Source: Candidatus Zixiibacteriota bacterium (GTDB lineage Bacteria > Zixibacteria > MSB-5A5 > GN15 > FEB-12). From it: DNA of 64,000 nt. Below, one piece after another: positions 18,571-27,072 of the stretch (position 1 is the stretch's first letter; each line of letters opens with the position of its first letter). The translations under genes and the position numbers were made by a program. The notes under the pieces are model-generated. The model saw only the letters and a list, made by a program, of their open reading frames with translations. It did not search any database and had not been told where the DNA came from. Location: contig JAGNLV010000001.1 of the NCBI GenBank assembly GCA_017999435.1, positions 391,938 to 455,937 of the forward strand, in the 5' to 3' direction.

Positions 18571-21273
18571 TCAGTTGACCGCCGACTCGGTCTGCCCCGC
18601 AAACAGCGACCGCACCTCCCAGTCGGGGTGGTTCCGCAGCCGCTCAACATTCAGCCGGATCCTCCCCGCATCGGCGTTCAACCGATAGTAGCCCAGACGG
18701 TTGTTCTCGAACACCTCCCATTCCGAATCGAGACGTTCGTTGATCTCGTTCTTCATCCGGTACAGGTAGCGCGCCTGGTTGAATCCCTGCTCAATATCCT
18801 CTTTGTACATCCACCCCCCGTCCCGCTGCACACGCGACCAGGCCAGCCGCGTGAAGTACTTGAACGATTTCCCCGTCAGCCACACCGGCCGGCCGTCCAC
18901 CCGCACCAAATACCGCTCCCGCTCACATGATCCGTCGATCTCCACCGACGCCGGCCGCGGCCCCGACCCGCGCACCGGATAGGGTGCCACCCGCGAAAGA
19001 ACCTCCGACTGCCGCATACTTACCTCCTTCTTCCACTCCATTATCCTGGCCAGCAATTTCTGCAGTTTGCGCTCCTGCTTCACGATCTCCCCCAGGTCGG
19101 TCGGGTCGTGTCCGATCAGGTCGGGCACCCGGACAATTCCCGCCTGCGCCAGCGCCGCAAAATCGGAGCGCGCCAGGATATCGCGGAAGGCTGCGTGCAG
19201 CCCCTGCAACTCCGGGACGACTCCGAAGCGAACGCTGAACACGAGCGGGCGGAGTTTGTCTCCGCCGCCGTCAAGATTATCGAGCAACCCGGCAATGCCG
19301 CTCAGCAGGTGCGCGGCTGTATCGCCGATCGCCATGATCTGCCCCGCGTGGACCCGGAATTCCTCCTCCAGCTCCCTGACCGGCGTCATGCGCCGCCACT
19401 GCTCCAGCAGCAGCGCCGCCTTGAGCGCGCCGGCCGTGCGGTACTCCGTCAGCCCTCGTCCCCCCGGCTGGCCGATCAGCACGCGGGCGGATGCGAGCCA
19501 ATGGTCACAGCGGCGGTACAACCGCCGCAGCGGGCCGTTGTCCGCCAGTTCCTGCCGACTGAGCAGTCCCGCGGGCAACTCCCAGTCGGGCCCGCTGAGC
19601 GCCAGCGCCAGCCACCCGAATTCCTCGGCCGGCCGACTCTCCCGCAGCCGCCGGGTGTAATGCACCGCCTGCGCGCAGGTCAGCCCGGTCTGCACGGCGG
19701 TCTCCCCGTCCGGGGTCGGACGCACCAGGCCGTCCGGTTCGCGCCCGGCCACTCCCTCCCGCGTCAGCAAGTCCAGAACCGCCTCGAAATCGGGGGGCGG
19801 CGCCTCCGGCTCCGTCACCGCCCGCAGCGAGCGCCGGTAGACGGCGGCCAGTCCCGCCGCATCGGCCGCCAGGCCGGTCGCCAGCACGTGCAGCGCCCAG
19901 TCCGCGAGCGGCATGGAGTCGAACGCCGACCGCACCGATGTGTATTCTCCGGAGGCGATGTAGTTTTCCCAGAGGATATCGCCCTCAAATTCCGACTGGG
20001 CCAGGGCCACCGCGCGGCCCGGCCGCACTTCCGCCCGGGCCGCTCTCCCGGCCCGCCCGGCCATGTTGTCGAACTCCGCCCGGCTCACCGGCACGAGCGC
20101 GGGCCGGGCATCGCGCCGCCCCCCGGTGTACTTGACCGTCTCGAGATACACCGTGTCGGCCGGCAGGTCCACCCCCATGGCCAGCGTCGTTGTGGCGAAG
20201 ATCACCCGCACCTCCCGCCGGGCAAAACTCTCCTCCACCGCCCGGCGCTGCCGGGGGGAGAGATCCGCGTTGTGGAACGCCACCCCGCGCGCCATGACCC
20301 GGCGAAGAATGCGGTTCAACGCCGAGGGCTCCTCTTCCGCCAACTCCGCCGTTCCCTGCTCGGCCGCCGGCCAGCCGACCGCCCCCGCCAGCCGCATGGC
20401 CGCCTCGACCGTCTCCCGCCGCGACTTGAGAAAGACAATCGTCGATCCCGGTTCCTCGCGCAGCCGCTCGATCAGGCTCTCGAACAGATCGCCGCCCGGC
20501 TCGCGCGCAAGGACAAACGGCTCGCTCGCCTCCCGCCCGGAATTGAACGAGCGGTAGCGGAACGCCCCTTCGGCGGCGACCCCGCGGAGGAGATCGACCG
20601 GACGGCTGCTCTCGACCACCAGCCCGGCCTCCAGCCACTCGGCCAGCCGCCCGGCCGCTTTCTCCCCTTCGCCGATCACCGCAGACAAGCCGAGCAGTCC
20701 CGGCCGGTATGCCGATGCCCGCACGCACGTGAGCAGCCGCTCGAGCACAGCGCCGCGCCCCGGCTCCGACACCGTCTGGATTTCGTCCACGACCAGGAGC
20801 CCGATCGCGCGCAGGACTTCGAGACGGGTGCCGAGCAGACCATCGAATTTCTCGAAAATCGCCACCGCGACGTCGTAATCCGATTCCGCAAAAGCACGGT
20901 CGTTTTCGGGATAATCGCCGCTCGCAATCAGACACCGCAGGCCGAGCGCCCCGAACGTCCCCGCCAGCAGGCGGTGTTTCTGGTCGGCCAGCGAGCGAAG
21001 CGGCACGAGCACGAGCGCTTTCCGCCGCCCCGCCAGTGTCCGGGCAACCGCCATCTCGGCACAAAACGATTTCCCCGCCGCCGTCGGCGCGCTGATCAAC
21101 ATGCGCAGCGGCGCCGCTTCCTCGGCCCGTTCCCCCGGCGCGCCCAGCAGACCCCGACGGACCGCCCGGCTCTGCACCGGCAGCAGCGTCTCCCCCTGCC
21201 GCTCCCGCCAGAGCTCAATCAGCCGGCGGGGAATGCCATATGGCGCCAACTCCTCCAACCGTAACACACTCAT
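18571..21273 (-). CDS. SF2 Ski2/Hel308-like DEAD/DEAH-box helicase with a C-terminal OmpR/PhoB-type winged-helix-like domain
   Basis: Motif I SAPTAAGKS, motif II VVDEIQ, motif III LSAV, motif VI MAGRAGR. The C-terminal ~110 aa match the Trans_reg_C pattern (VDGRPVWLTGKSFKYFTRLA...LYRMKNEI...RLGYYRL). GGGAGG lies 4 nt before the ATG at 21273; the ORF is open to 21309. Confidence 0.8.
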   Translation of the reverse strand: MSVLRLEELAPYGIPRRLIELWRERQGETLLPVQSRAVRRGLLGAPGERAEEAAPLRMLISAPTAAGKSFCAEMAVARTLAGRRKALVLVPLRSLADQKHRLLAGTFGALGLRCLIASGDYPENDRAFAESDYDVAVAIFEKFDGLLGTRLEVLRAIGLLVVDEIQTVSEPGRGAVLERLLTCVRASAYRPGLLGLSAVIGEGEKAAGRLAEWLEAGLVVESSRPVDLLRGVAAEGAFRYRSFNSGREASEPFVLAREPGGDLFESLIERLREEPGSTIVFLKSRRETVEAAMRLAGAVGWPAAEQGTAELAEEEPSALNRILRRVMARGVAFHNADLSPRQRRAVEESFARREVRVIFATTTLAMGVDLPADTVYLETVKYTGGRRDARPALVPVSRAEFDNMAGRAGRAARAEVRPGRAVALAQSEFEGDILWENYIASGEYTSVRSAFDSMPLADWALHVLATGLAADAAGLAAVYRRSLRAVTEPEAPPPDFEAVLDLLTREGVAGREPDGLVRPTPDGETAVQTGLTCAQAVHYTRRLRESRPAEEFGWLALALSGPDWELPAGLLSRQELADNGPLRRLYRRCDHWLASARVLIGQPGGRGLTEYRTAGALKAALLLEQWRRMTPVRELEEEFRVHAGQIMAIGDTAAHLLSGIAGLLDNLDGGGDKLRPLVFSVRFGVVPELQGLHAAFRDILARSDFAALAQAGIVRVPDLIGHDPTDLGEIVKQERKLQKLLARIMEWKKEVSMRQSEVLSRVAPYPVRGSGPRPASVEIDGSCERERYLVRVDGRPVWLTGKSFKYFTRLAWSRVQRDGGWMYKEDIEQGFNQARYLYRMKNEINERLDSEWEVFENNRLGYYRLNADAGRIRLNVERLRNHPDWEVRSLFAGQTESAVN

Positions 21274-21369
21274 CTGTCCTCCCGCTTCCGGCCGCACTCC
21301 GCCGGCCACTCAGCATCTCAGTGTCCCTCTTCGCCTCGCCCTGCACCGCCCGCAACCGTCCGCCCGTCG

Positions 21370-21603
21370 TCAGTTGCACCCGCCCCACCCGCACATGGGG
21401 CAGGTGAAACAAGCCCCCGCGCGAATCATCCCGCTGCTGCAGTCCGGACAGGTGGCGGCATCGAGGTAACAGCAATCGCCACCCCCCGCCACCGCCGTGT
21501 TCATCCAGTCAAATGAACTCTCCGCCCCGAACAGCGGCACCGCCCCCGCCGCCTCCCGGGGCTCCCGCCCCGCCTCGCCGGAAAAAAGATTCTCGCCTGT
21601 CAT
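21370..21603 (-). CDS. Cys-rich 77-aa microprotein (zinc-ribbon-like C-terminus)
   Basis: GGAGG lies 5 nt upstream of the ATG. There are eight Cys in the last 32 aa (CC-x7-CPDC-x10-CFTCPMC-x4-C). It is co-oriented with and 96 nt upstream of the helicase. Confidence 0.55.
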   Translation of the reverse strand: MTGENLFSGEAGREPREAAGAVPLFGAESSFDWMNTAVAGGGDCCYLDAATCPDCSSGMIRAGACFTCPMCGWGGCN

Positions 21604-21639
21604 CCTCGCCTCCTGACGTGATTAATCTCCGTTTCTCCC

Positions 21640-21668
21640 CATATACTGCACATTTGTGCCCCTGTCAA
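21640..21668 (-). promoter_or_regulatory. Candidate promoter of the microprotein-helicase unit
   Basis: The minus strand reads TTGACA-N17-TATATG, ~35 nt upstream of the start codon. The spacer contains the palindrome GCACA-AA-TGTGC. Confidence 0.45.
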
Positions 21669-21693
21669 GCGAAAAGTGCAGGGTGGCCGAAGA

Positions 21694-21717
21694 ATAACTG
21701 CACGCATGAGCAGTTAT
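21694..21717. promoter_or_regulatory. 8-bp inverted repeat in the divergent intergenic region (possible operator)
   Basis: ATAACTGC-N8-GCAGTTAT, located in a locally AT-rich segment between the divergent promoters. Confidence 0.3.
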
Positions 21718-21903
21718 CTATGTAAATAAGGGAATAACAACGGCTTAGAAAGTCCGAACGGGCAGAGGGGGCGGCGGCGCGGAAGCACCGGCCTGCCGGT
21801 CGGTCCCCCGCACTCAGCCGGTCTGCTGCTTCCCCCACAGCTTGGCACCGATCCAATGGGAGACGGCCCGAACCGCGCCCCCATCGGCAGTTTCTATTGA
21901 ATC

Positions 21904-21931
21904 TGGACAAACTGGTCGGCGGCGCTATATT
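21904..21931 (+). promoter_or_regulatory. Candidate promoter of the tail-fibre-like surface protein gene
   Basis: TGGACA-N16-TATATT, located ~65 nt upstream of the start codon. Confidence 0.4.
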
Positions 21932-22000
21932 GAATCGTCAGTCCAACGCAGAAGAAGCTCACACACGTTTTCGAATACGTCCGCGAACGAGGAGATGCGT

Positions 22001-23968
22001 ATGCGCACAGCCTGTTTCGCCCTCGCCGCAGCCATGCTGCTGGCGACAGCCTCCACCGCGTCGGGCGCTGAGGTCCCTGTTCTGTTTTCCTACCAGGGGC
22101 GCCTGACCGACAACACCGGTGTTCCCCTCGACGGCTCCTACACCATGAGGTTTGCCCTGTACTTCGACACCGGCGGCACCGTCAACCTCTGGACCGAAAC
22201 GCGGCCCGACGTTCCCGTCGCCGACGGCCTGTTTGAAGTGGTGTTGGGGAGCGTGACCGAGTTCCCGGACAACATCTTCTCCGGGCCGATCCGCTATTTG
22301 GGCATCACCGTCGTGGGCTACCCTGAGGGCCGGCCGCTGACCCCGATCGTGAGTGTCCCCTATGCCTACCGGTCCTCGCTTGCCTGGCGGGCGGAGAGCG
22401 TGGCCGATGACATCATCGCCACCGCCCAGGTCGTCGACCACTCGATCCTGGGCCAGGATCTTGCCTCGAACGGGGCCGCCCCCGGCCAGGTGCTCAAGTG
22501 GGACGGTTCCACCTGGATCCCCGCCCAGGATCTCACCGGTTCCTCCCTGTGGCAAAACCCCGCCCACATCCTCAAGCCGGTCGATCCCGCCGACACCCTC
22601 GACGTGGGACCGTACGTGCACCTGCCCTCAACCTGGGACGCACTCTTTTTCAACGGCAAACTGAACGTCGCCAGCAATCAGACCGCAGTACGCATAGGGC
22701 AGCCCTCCGGCGGGGTGAGATCTCCGGCGCTGTCTATCTTTGCCGAGTCCGGGTGGCCGATCTATGCCCATGTCGGAGACACCTTCGGCGTGACCTGGTT
22801 GGGTCCGAACGCTGCCATAGTCGGCAGCAGCCCCGACATGGATGGCCTGGCGGGAGCTTTTTTTGCGAAAGGCCAATGGCCGGCTCTTCTGGCACAGCAT
22901 TGGAACGGCGGTGTGGCTTTTGAGGCTTACTCCTTGAATCCCTGGGATTCTGTGTGCGCCCGCTTCGCCGGCGGTCGCGGGATCAGCGTCCAGTCGAGTC
23001 GTATTCGAAACGGCTACTTCGAGGCCCTTTACGCGAGCACCTCCCCCGACGTCATTGTGGCGGTCGAGTACAGTGGCGATTCCACACTTAAGGCCGATCA
23101 CATCGGCGTCAAATCCACCGCCCGCATCGCCGATTACTGGGGCGTCGGCGGTCGCTTCGAAGGCGGCTACATCGGCGCCCAGGGCATAGTCAACGGGGGC
23201 GGCTCCAACACGTATCAGGCCGTGAAGGGCGAAGCTTACTCGACCGGCGCGGGCAATTGCTATGGGTTTCACGGTTATGCCATCTCTCCCGGTTACAACT
23301 ACGGGGCCTACGGCTATGCCTCCGGCGGCTACTACGCGTGCGGCATATATGGAACGGCCAACAGCGCCTCCACCAATTGGGCCGGGTATTTCGTCGGCGA
23401 CATTGAAGTCACCGGCAACATTTGGAGGAGCGGTGCCCTGTCGCGTATCGACCACCCTCTGGACCCCGACAACAAATACCTCCAGCATGCCCAGGTCGAA
23501 TCCCCCGAGATGCTCAACGTCTACAGCGGCAACGTGATCACCGACGCCTCCGGCTATGCGACCGTTACTCTCCCGGACTACTGCGAGGCGTACAACCGCG
23601 ACTTCCGCTATCAGCTCACGGTGATCGGTGATTTCGCGCAGGCAATCATCGCTGAGAAGATCAGCGCCGGACAGTTCACGATTCGTACCGACAAGCCCGG
23701 GATCGAAGTCTCCTGGCAGGTGACGGGCGTCCGCAACGACCTCTACGCGCAGGCCCACCCGGTCGATGTGGAAGCGGCAAAATCGTCCGAGGACCGCGGC
23801 AAGTATGTCCATCCGGAGTTGTTCGGCAGGGACGCGGAGTGGCGCGTCGGCCCGCCCCCGCCCGACACCGCGGCCCTCGCGGCGAAGAACCGCAGGATCG
23901 ACGAGACCGCCCGCACCGTCGCGGGGAAGCCGCCGGAACCTTTCCCCGCCCGCACCAACAACCGCTAG
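22001..23968 (+). CDS. Secreted surface protein with tail-fibre-like N-terminal repeats and a conserved C-terminal domain
   Basis: Signal peptide MRTACFALAAAMLLATASTASGA, with GGAG 6 nt upstream of the ATG at 22001. The N-terminal FSYQGRLTDNTGVPLDGSYTMRFALY and GQVLKWDGSTWIPAQD motifs resemble phage tail-fibre-like proteins. The C-terminal block reads IDHPLDPDNKYLQH...FRYQLTVIG...VSWQVTGVRND. Confidence 0.7.
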   Translation: MRTACFALAAAMLLATASTASGAEVPVLFSYQGRLTDNTGVPLDGSYTMRFALYFDTGGTVNLWTETRPDVPVADGLFEVVLGSVTEFPDNIFSGPIRYLGITVVGYPEGRPLTPIVSVPYAYRSSLAWRAESVADDIIATAQVVDHSILGQDLASNGAAPGQVLKWDGSTWIPAQDLTGSSLWQNPAHILKPVDPADTLDVGPYVHLPSTWDALFFNGKLNVASNQTAVRIGQPSGGVRSPALSIFAESGWPIYAHVGDTFGVTWLGPNAAIVGSSPDMDGLAGAFFAKGQWPALLAQHWNGGVAFEAYSLNPWDSVCARFAGGRGISVQSSRIRNGYFEALYASTSPDVIVAVEYSGDSTLKADHIGVKSTARIADYWGVGGRFEGGYIGAQGIVNGGGSNTYQAVKGEAYSTGAGNCYGFHGYAISPGYNYGAYGYASGGYYACGIYGTANSASTNWAGYFVGDIEVTGNIWRSGALSRIDHPLDPDNKYLQHAQVESPEMLNVYSGNVITDASGYATVTLPDYCEAYNRDFRYQLTVIGDFAQAIIAEKISAGQFTIRTDKPGIEVSWQVTGVRNDLYAQAHPVDVEAAKSSEDRGKYVHPELFGRDAEWRVGPPPPDTAALAAKNRRIDETARTVAGKPPEPFPARTNNR

Positions 23969-23996
23969 CCGCGCCCGTCGGCTCCGCATAGAAAAC

Positions 23997-24023
23997 CGCC
24001 CCCCGGCTGGTCGCCGGGGGGCG
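23997..24023. terminator. GC hairpin between convergent genes (bidirectional terminator candidate)
   Basis: 11-bp stem CGCCCCCCGGC/GCCGGGGGGCG with a 5-nt loop. It is flanked by GAAAA upstream (TTTTC on the minus strand) and CTCGCTTTC downstream. Confidence 0.55.
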
Positions 24024-24128
24024 CTCGCTTTCGGCGGCCGCGGCCGCTGCGACTGCTGCACCGGCCCACGGGGGGATCCTTGCCGTCCCGGCTCCGTGAG
24101 CCGTTCAGGGGCGGCCCGAGCGAATCGG

Positions 24129-24860
24129 TCACAGCTCAAACGTGTACTTGATCGTCACCCAGAGCTTGATCGGCCGCCCGTTCTGGATCCCCGGCGCGTA
24201 GGTGCACTTCATCGCCCACGCCAGGGCCGCTTCGTCGAGCGCCGGCGTCCCGGTCGACTGCGCCAGGCGCGCCTCCCGCGGCTTCCCCTCCTCGTCGAGC
24301 AGCACCCAGACCTGGGCGGTCCCGGTCGCCCCGATCATCTCGGCCAGCCGGGGATAGTCCCCCTTGTACTGCTGGACCAGGCGCGGCGGGATCTCGGTCG
24401 GCACGAAGGTCGTCGGTTCGGGGATGAACTCGCGGACGGCGGTATCGATGATCACGCCGGTCGCTCCGCCCGCGTCCGCGCCCCGCCCGAGATTCTCCGC
24501 GATCTCGCGCGGCGACGCCATCACGAGGTCGCGCTCTCCCGCATACTCCTCATCCGGCACCGGCGTCGGGATTCCCACCGCCACCGCCTCCTGGCGCTGC
24601 GGCTGCGGCACGGCGAGCTCCGGCACGTCGTAGACGATGCTCTGGGGCCGAAGTCCCCCGAGATCCATCATCGAGATCACGCGCGACCGGTCGGGCGGGG
24701 GGGCGGGCTCTTCGTTCGCCGGCCAGAGCGTTCCGGCCAGGACCGCCGCGCCGACCGCCAGCGCCGTCAGCAGGTTCGCCGCCGCCAGGTTTTTCTGGTA
24801 GGCCGCTTTCATCGCGTATGCGCCGTAGGGCGCGTACAGCGGGTTTGCCTGGTTCGCCAT
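24129..24860 (-). CDS. tonB: TonB-family energy transducer (monocistronic copy)
   Basis: N-terminal TM anchor, a Pro-rich linker, and a C-terminal TonB_C pattern: YPRLAEMIGATGTAQVWVLLDEEGKPREARLAQSTGTPALDEAAL... Confidence 0.8.
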   Translation of the reverse strand: MANQANPLYAPYGAYAMKAAYQKNLAAANLLTALAVGAAVLAGTLWPANEEPAPPPDRSRVISMMDLGGLRPQSIVYDVPELAVPQPQRQEAVAVGIPTPVPDEEYAGERDLVMASPREIAENLGRGADAGGATGVIIDTAVREFIPEPTTFVPTEIPPRLVQQYKGDYPRLAEMIGATGTAQVWVLLDEEGKPREARLAQSTGTPALDEAALAWAMKCTYAPGIQNGRPIKLWVTIKYTFEL

Positions 24861-25018
24861 ACTTGGCTCCTCTCACTTCGAATACCGAACCTCCGTCGCC
24901 TCTGTCGAGAGTACCCGCCGAGCCGGCGATTCTTCCCTGAAACGGGCGGCCGGGTCTGCGGGGACGCCCTCACTAGAGTGACGGAGAAGCCGGGGCAATC
25001 GGGGAGCGGAAAATGGCC

Positions 25019-25051
25019 AAAAGAGAAGCGCCCGCCGAAGCCGGCGGGCGC
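25019..25051 (-). terminator. Intrinsic terminator after the second tonB gene (end of the exbBD-tonB operon)
   Basis: 10-bp stem GCGCCCGCCG/CGGCGGGCGC with a 4-nt loop. On the minus strand it is followed by TTCTCTTTTGG. It lies 32 nt past the stop. Confidence 0.7.
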
Positions 25052-25082
25052 CCTGTAAACGGAGAGTGAAAACCGATGTCGG

Positions 25083-25862
25083 CTACTCGTTGAGCCGGAA
25101 CTCAACTTTGTACGTTACCCAGACCTTGATCGGCCGGTTGTTCTGGATCCCCGGCCGGTATTTGCGTTTGTGGGCCGCCTCGAGCGCCGCATCGTCCAGC
25201 GACTGCGTGCCCGAGGACTTGGCGAGAATCGCCTTCATGACATTCCCCTGCTCATCCACCAGCGCCTTGACGTAGACGTCGCCGGTGATCCCGGCCTGCC
25301 GGGCGAGCGGCGGGTAATCCGGTTTCACCTCGGAGATGACCTCCGGCTGGACCTCGACCGGGACAAAGTCCTCCGGGGCGGGGATGAAATCCTCTTCCTG
25401 GATGTCGACGACGATGTCGCCGGAACCGGCCGCTTCCGAGATGCTCGGGGCGGTGATTTCCGCCAGCTCTTCCTGGGTCGCGATCACCACGTCCTCGTCG
25501 ACCACTTCCTCGTCGGCCACCGGCTTGGGAATACCCACTTTAGGGGCGGCCACCTGCGGCTGGGCGACCTGGACCTGCGGAGGCTTGCGGGCGATCGAGG
25601 GAGGCGGACCCAGATCGGCCACGGTCTTGATCACCACCTGCGGCACGTCGGAGTAATCCTCCTCGGGCAGGCTCGAAATGATCGCCGCGACAATCACGAT
25701 GAGCGCCACCACCGAGGTGGTGATGAGCGTACCGAAGAGGAAATTCCGCTGGTACTTGGCCTTCATCTCGAAGGCGCCGTAGGGAGAGTAGAGCACGCTC
25801 CACCCGCGCCCGCCGGCCGCCATCGCCAAAGGCCCCTTGTCGGACCGCGTTGTCTCTGCCAT
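25083..25862 (-). CDS. tonB: TonB-family energy transducer (operon copy)
   Basis: TM anchor, then a Pro/Gln/Val-rich linker, then YPPLARQAGITGDVYVKALVDEQGNVMKAILAKSSGTQSLDDAAL. The ATG at 25862 overlaps the exbD stop (TAATG). The ORF is open to 25931. Confidence 0.75.
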   Translation of the reverse strand: MAETTRSDKGPLAMAAGGRGWSVLYSPYGAFEMKAKYQRNFLFGTLITTSVVALIVIVAAIISSLPEEDYSDVPQVVIKTVADLGPPPSIARKPPQVQVAQPQVAAPKVGIPKPVADEEVVDEDVVIATQEELAEITAPSISEAAGSGDIVVDIQEEDFIPAPEDFVPVEVQPEVISEVKPDYPPLARQAGITGDVYVKALVDEQGNVMKAILAKSSGTQSLDDAALEAAHKRKYRPGIQNNRPIKVWVTYKVEFRLNE

Positions 25863-26515
25863 TACAACAGCCCTCCTAACCGGGCCTGCGCCTCGGCCGC
25901 TTCCTGCACTTTGTCGTCGCGCGCCATCCACTCGCCAATCGCGTACCGGTAGGAGAACTTCTCGTCCTTGCTCAGCTCGTCCAGTTTCTTCCGGAGCTTC
26001 TTCGCCTGATACTCGTTCCAGGAACGTTCGATCAGGTCGATTTCGTCGAGAATGTCCACCATGTCAGCGTAGCTGCCGTCTTTATGGATCAGGATCAGCG
26101 TGTTCAGTTTGGGGTTCAATCGGTTCTGGTTCACCAGCAGCCCGCGCAGCGTGTCCTCCCACAGGCGGTAGGGGATCGTGTCGGGGCGCTGGGGATCCGG
26201 CGGCAGCAAGAGGGGCAGGTTGTCGGGCGTCGGCGTCTTGAGATTCCACCAGTAGCGACCCTGGCCGTCGACCCGGATCGTCAGCAGGTTGGACTCCTTC
26301 ACCTCGATCTCCTGATCCATCTGCTCCGCGGGCGGGAGGTTGATCTCCATCGCCTGCGGCATCGAGAACACGGTCGAGACCATGTAGAAGATCAGGAGCA
26401 GGAAGGCGATGTCCACCATCGGCGTCATGTCGATGCGGATCGCGATCCGGCGTTTTTGCCGCCGCAGACCTTTCTTCTTGCCCTTGGCTTCCCGTTGTAC
26501 TACTTCACCGGCCAT
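25862..26515 (-). CDS. exbD: ExbD/TolR-family protein with an extended C-terminus
   Basis: Carries RIDMTPMVDIAFLLLIFYMVSTVF. At 217 aa it is longer than the paralogue next door (164 aa). Confidence 0.8.
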   Translation of the reverse strand: MAGEVVQREAKGKKKGLRRQKRRIAIRIDMTPMVDIAFLLLIFYMVSTVFSMPQAMEINLPPAEQMDQEIEVKESNLLTIRVDGQGRYWWNLKTPTPDNLPLLLPPDPQRPDTIPYRLWEDTLRGLLVNQNRLNPKLNTLILIHKDGSYADMVDILDEIDLIERSWNEYQAKKLRKKLDELSKDEKFSYRYAIGEWMARDDKVQEAAEAQARLGGLL

Positions 26516-26574
26516 ATTGTCTCTTCACTCTCCTTCCGGCGCCGCATCCGGCGGCCGTTCCGGTGCCGCTTGGC

Positions 26575-27069
26575 TCAGCCTTCAAAGATGACGCGCTCCA
26601 TCCCGCCGGCTTCCGTCTCCTGGTCCGTAATGATGAGGAACCGCTCGAGGTTGTTCTCCTGCATGGACTTCATGATGTCCTGCATGATGCCGAAACTGGC
26701 CGCCTGGTCGGCTTTGATCACCACCAGCGACTTGATGTTCTTGGCGCGCGCCTTGAGGATCTCCTGCGCCACGTTGTATTTGTCGGCGGTCCGCACCCGG
26801 CGCACCGTCGTCGTGACGTCCTGACCCTCGATCGTGATGGTCGCCTTCTCCACGTAGTCGACGTAGATCGAGTCCAGCTTGGACACGGTAATGTTGATGA
26901 TGTCCTTGTCCGGCAGCTCGATCTGCGAGTGCGACTTCGGCAGCTCCACCGCGCGGGCTTCCGGCGGCTTGAACTGCGTCGTCGCCATATAGAAAATCAA
27001 CAGCAGAAAGGCGATATCCACCATCGGCGTCATGTCGATGCGGATAGCGACCCGCCGTTTCTTCGCCAT
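26575..27069 (-). CDS. exbD: ExbD/TolR-family protein
   Basis: Carries RIDMTPMVDIAFLLLIFYMATTQF and has the typical length. Confidence 0.85.
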   Translation of the reverse strand: MAKKRRVAIRIDMTPMVDIAFLLLIFYMATTQFKPPEARAVELPKSHSQIELPDKDIINITVSKLDSIYVDYVEKATITIEGQDVTTTVRRVRTADKYNVAQEILKARAKNIKSLVVIKADQAASFGIMQDIMKSMQENNLERFLIITDQETEAGGMERVIFEG

Positions 27070-27072
27070 ACC

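Noticed and set aside
21995-23968. Prophage or contractile-injection locus, suggested by the tail-fibre-like protein.
   Set aside because: No capsid, terminase, portal, baseplate, sheath, integrase or att-like repeats are recognisable within 20 kb on either side. The protein has a standard Sec signal peptide.
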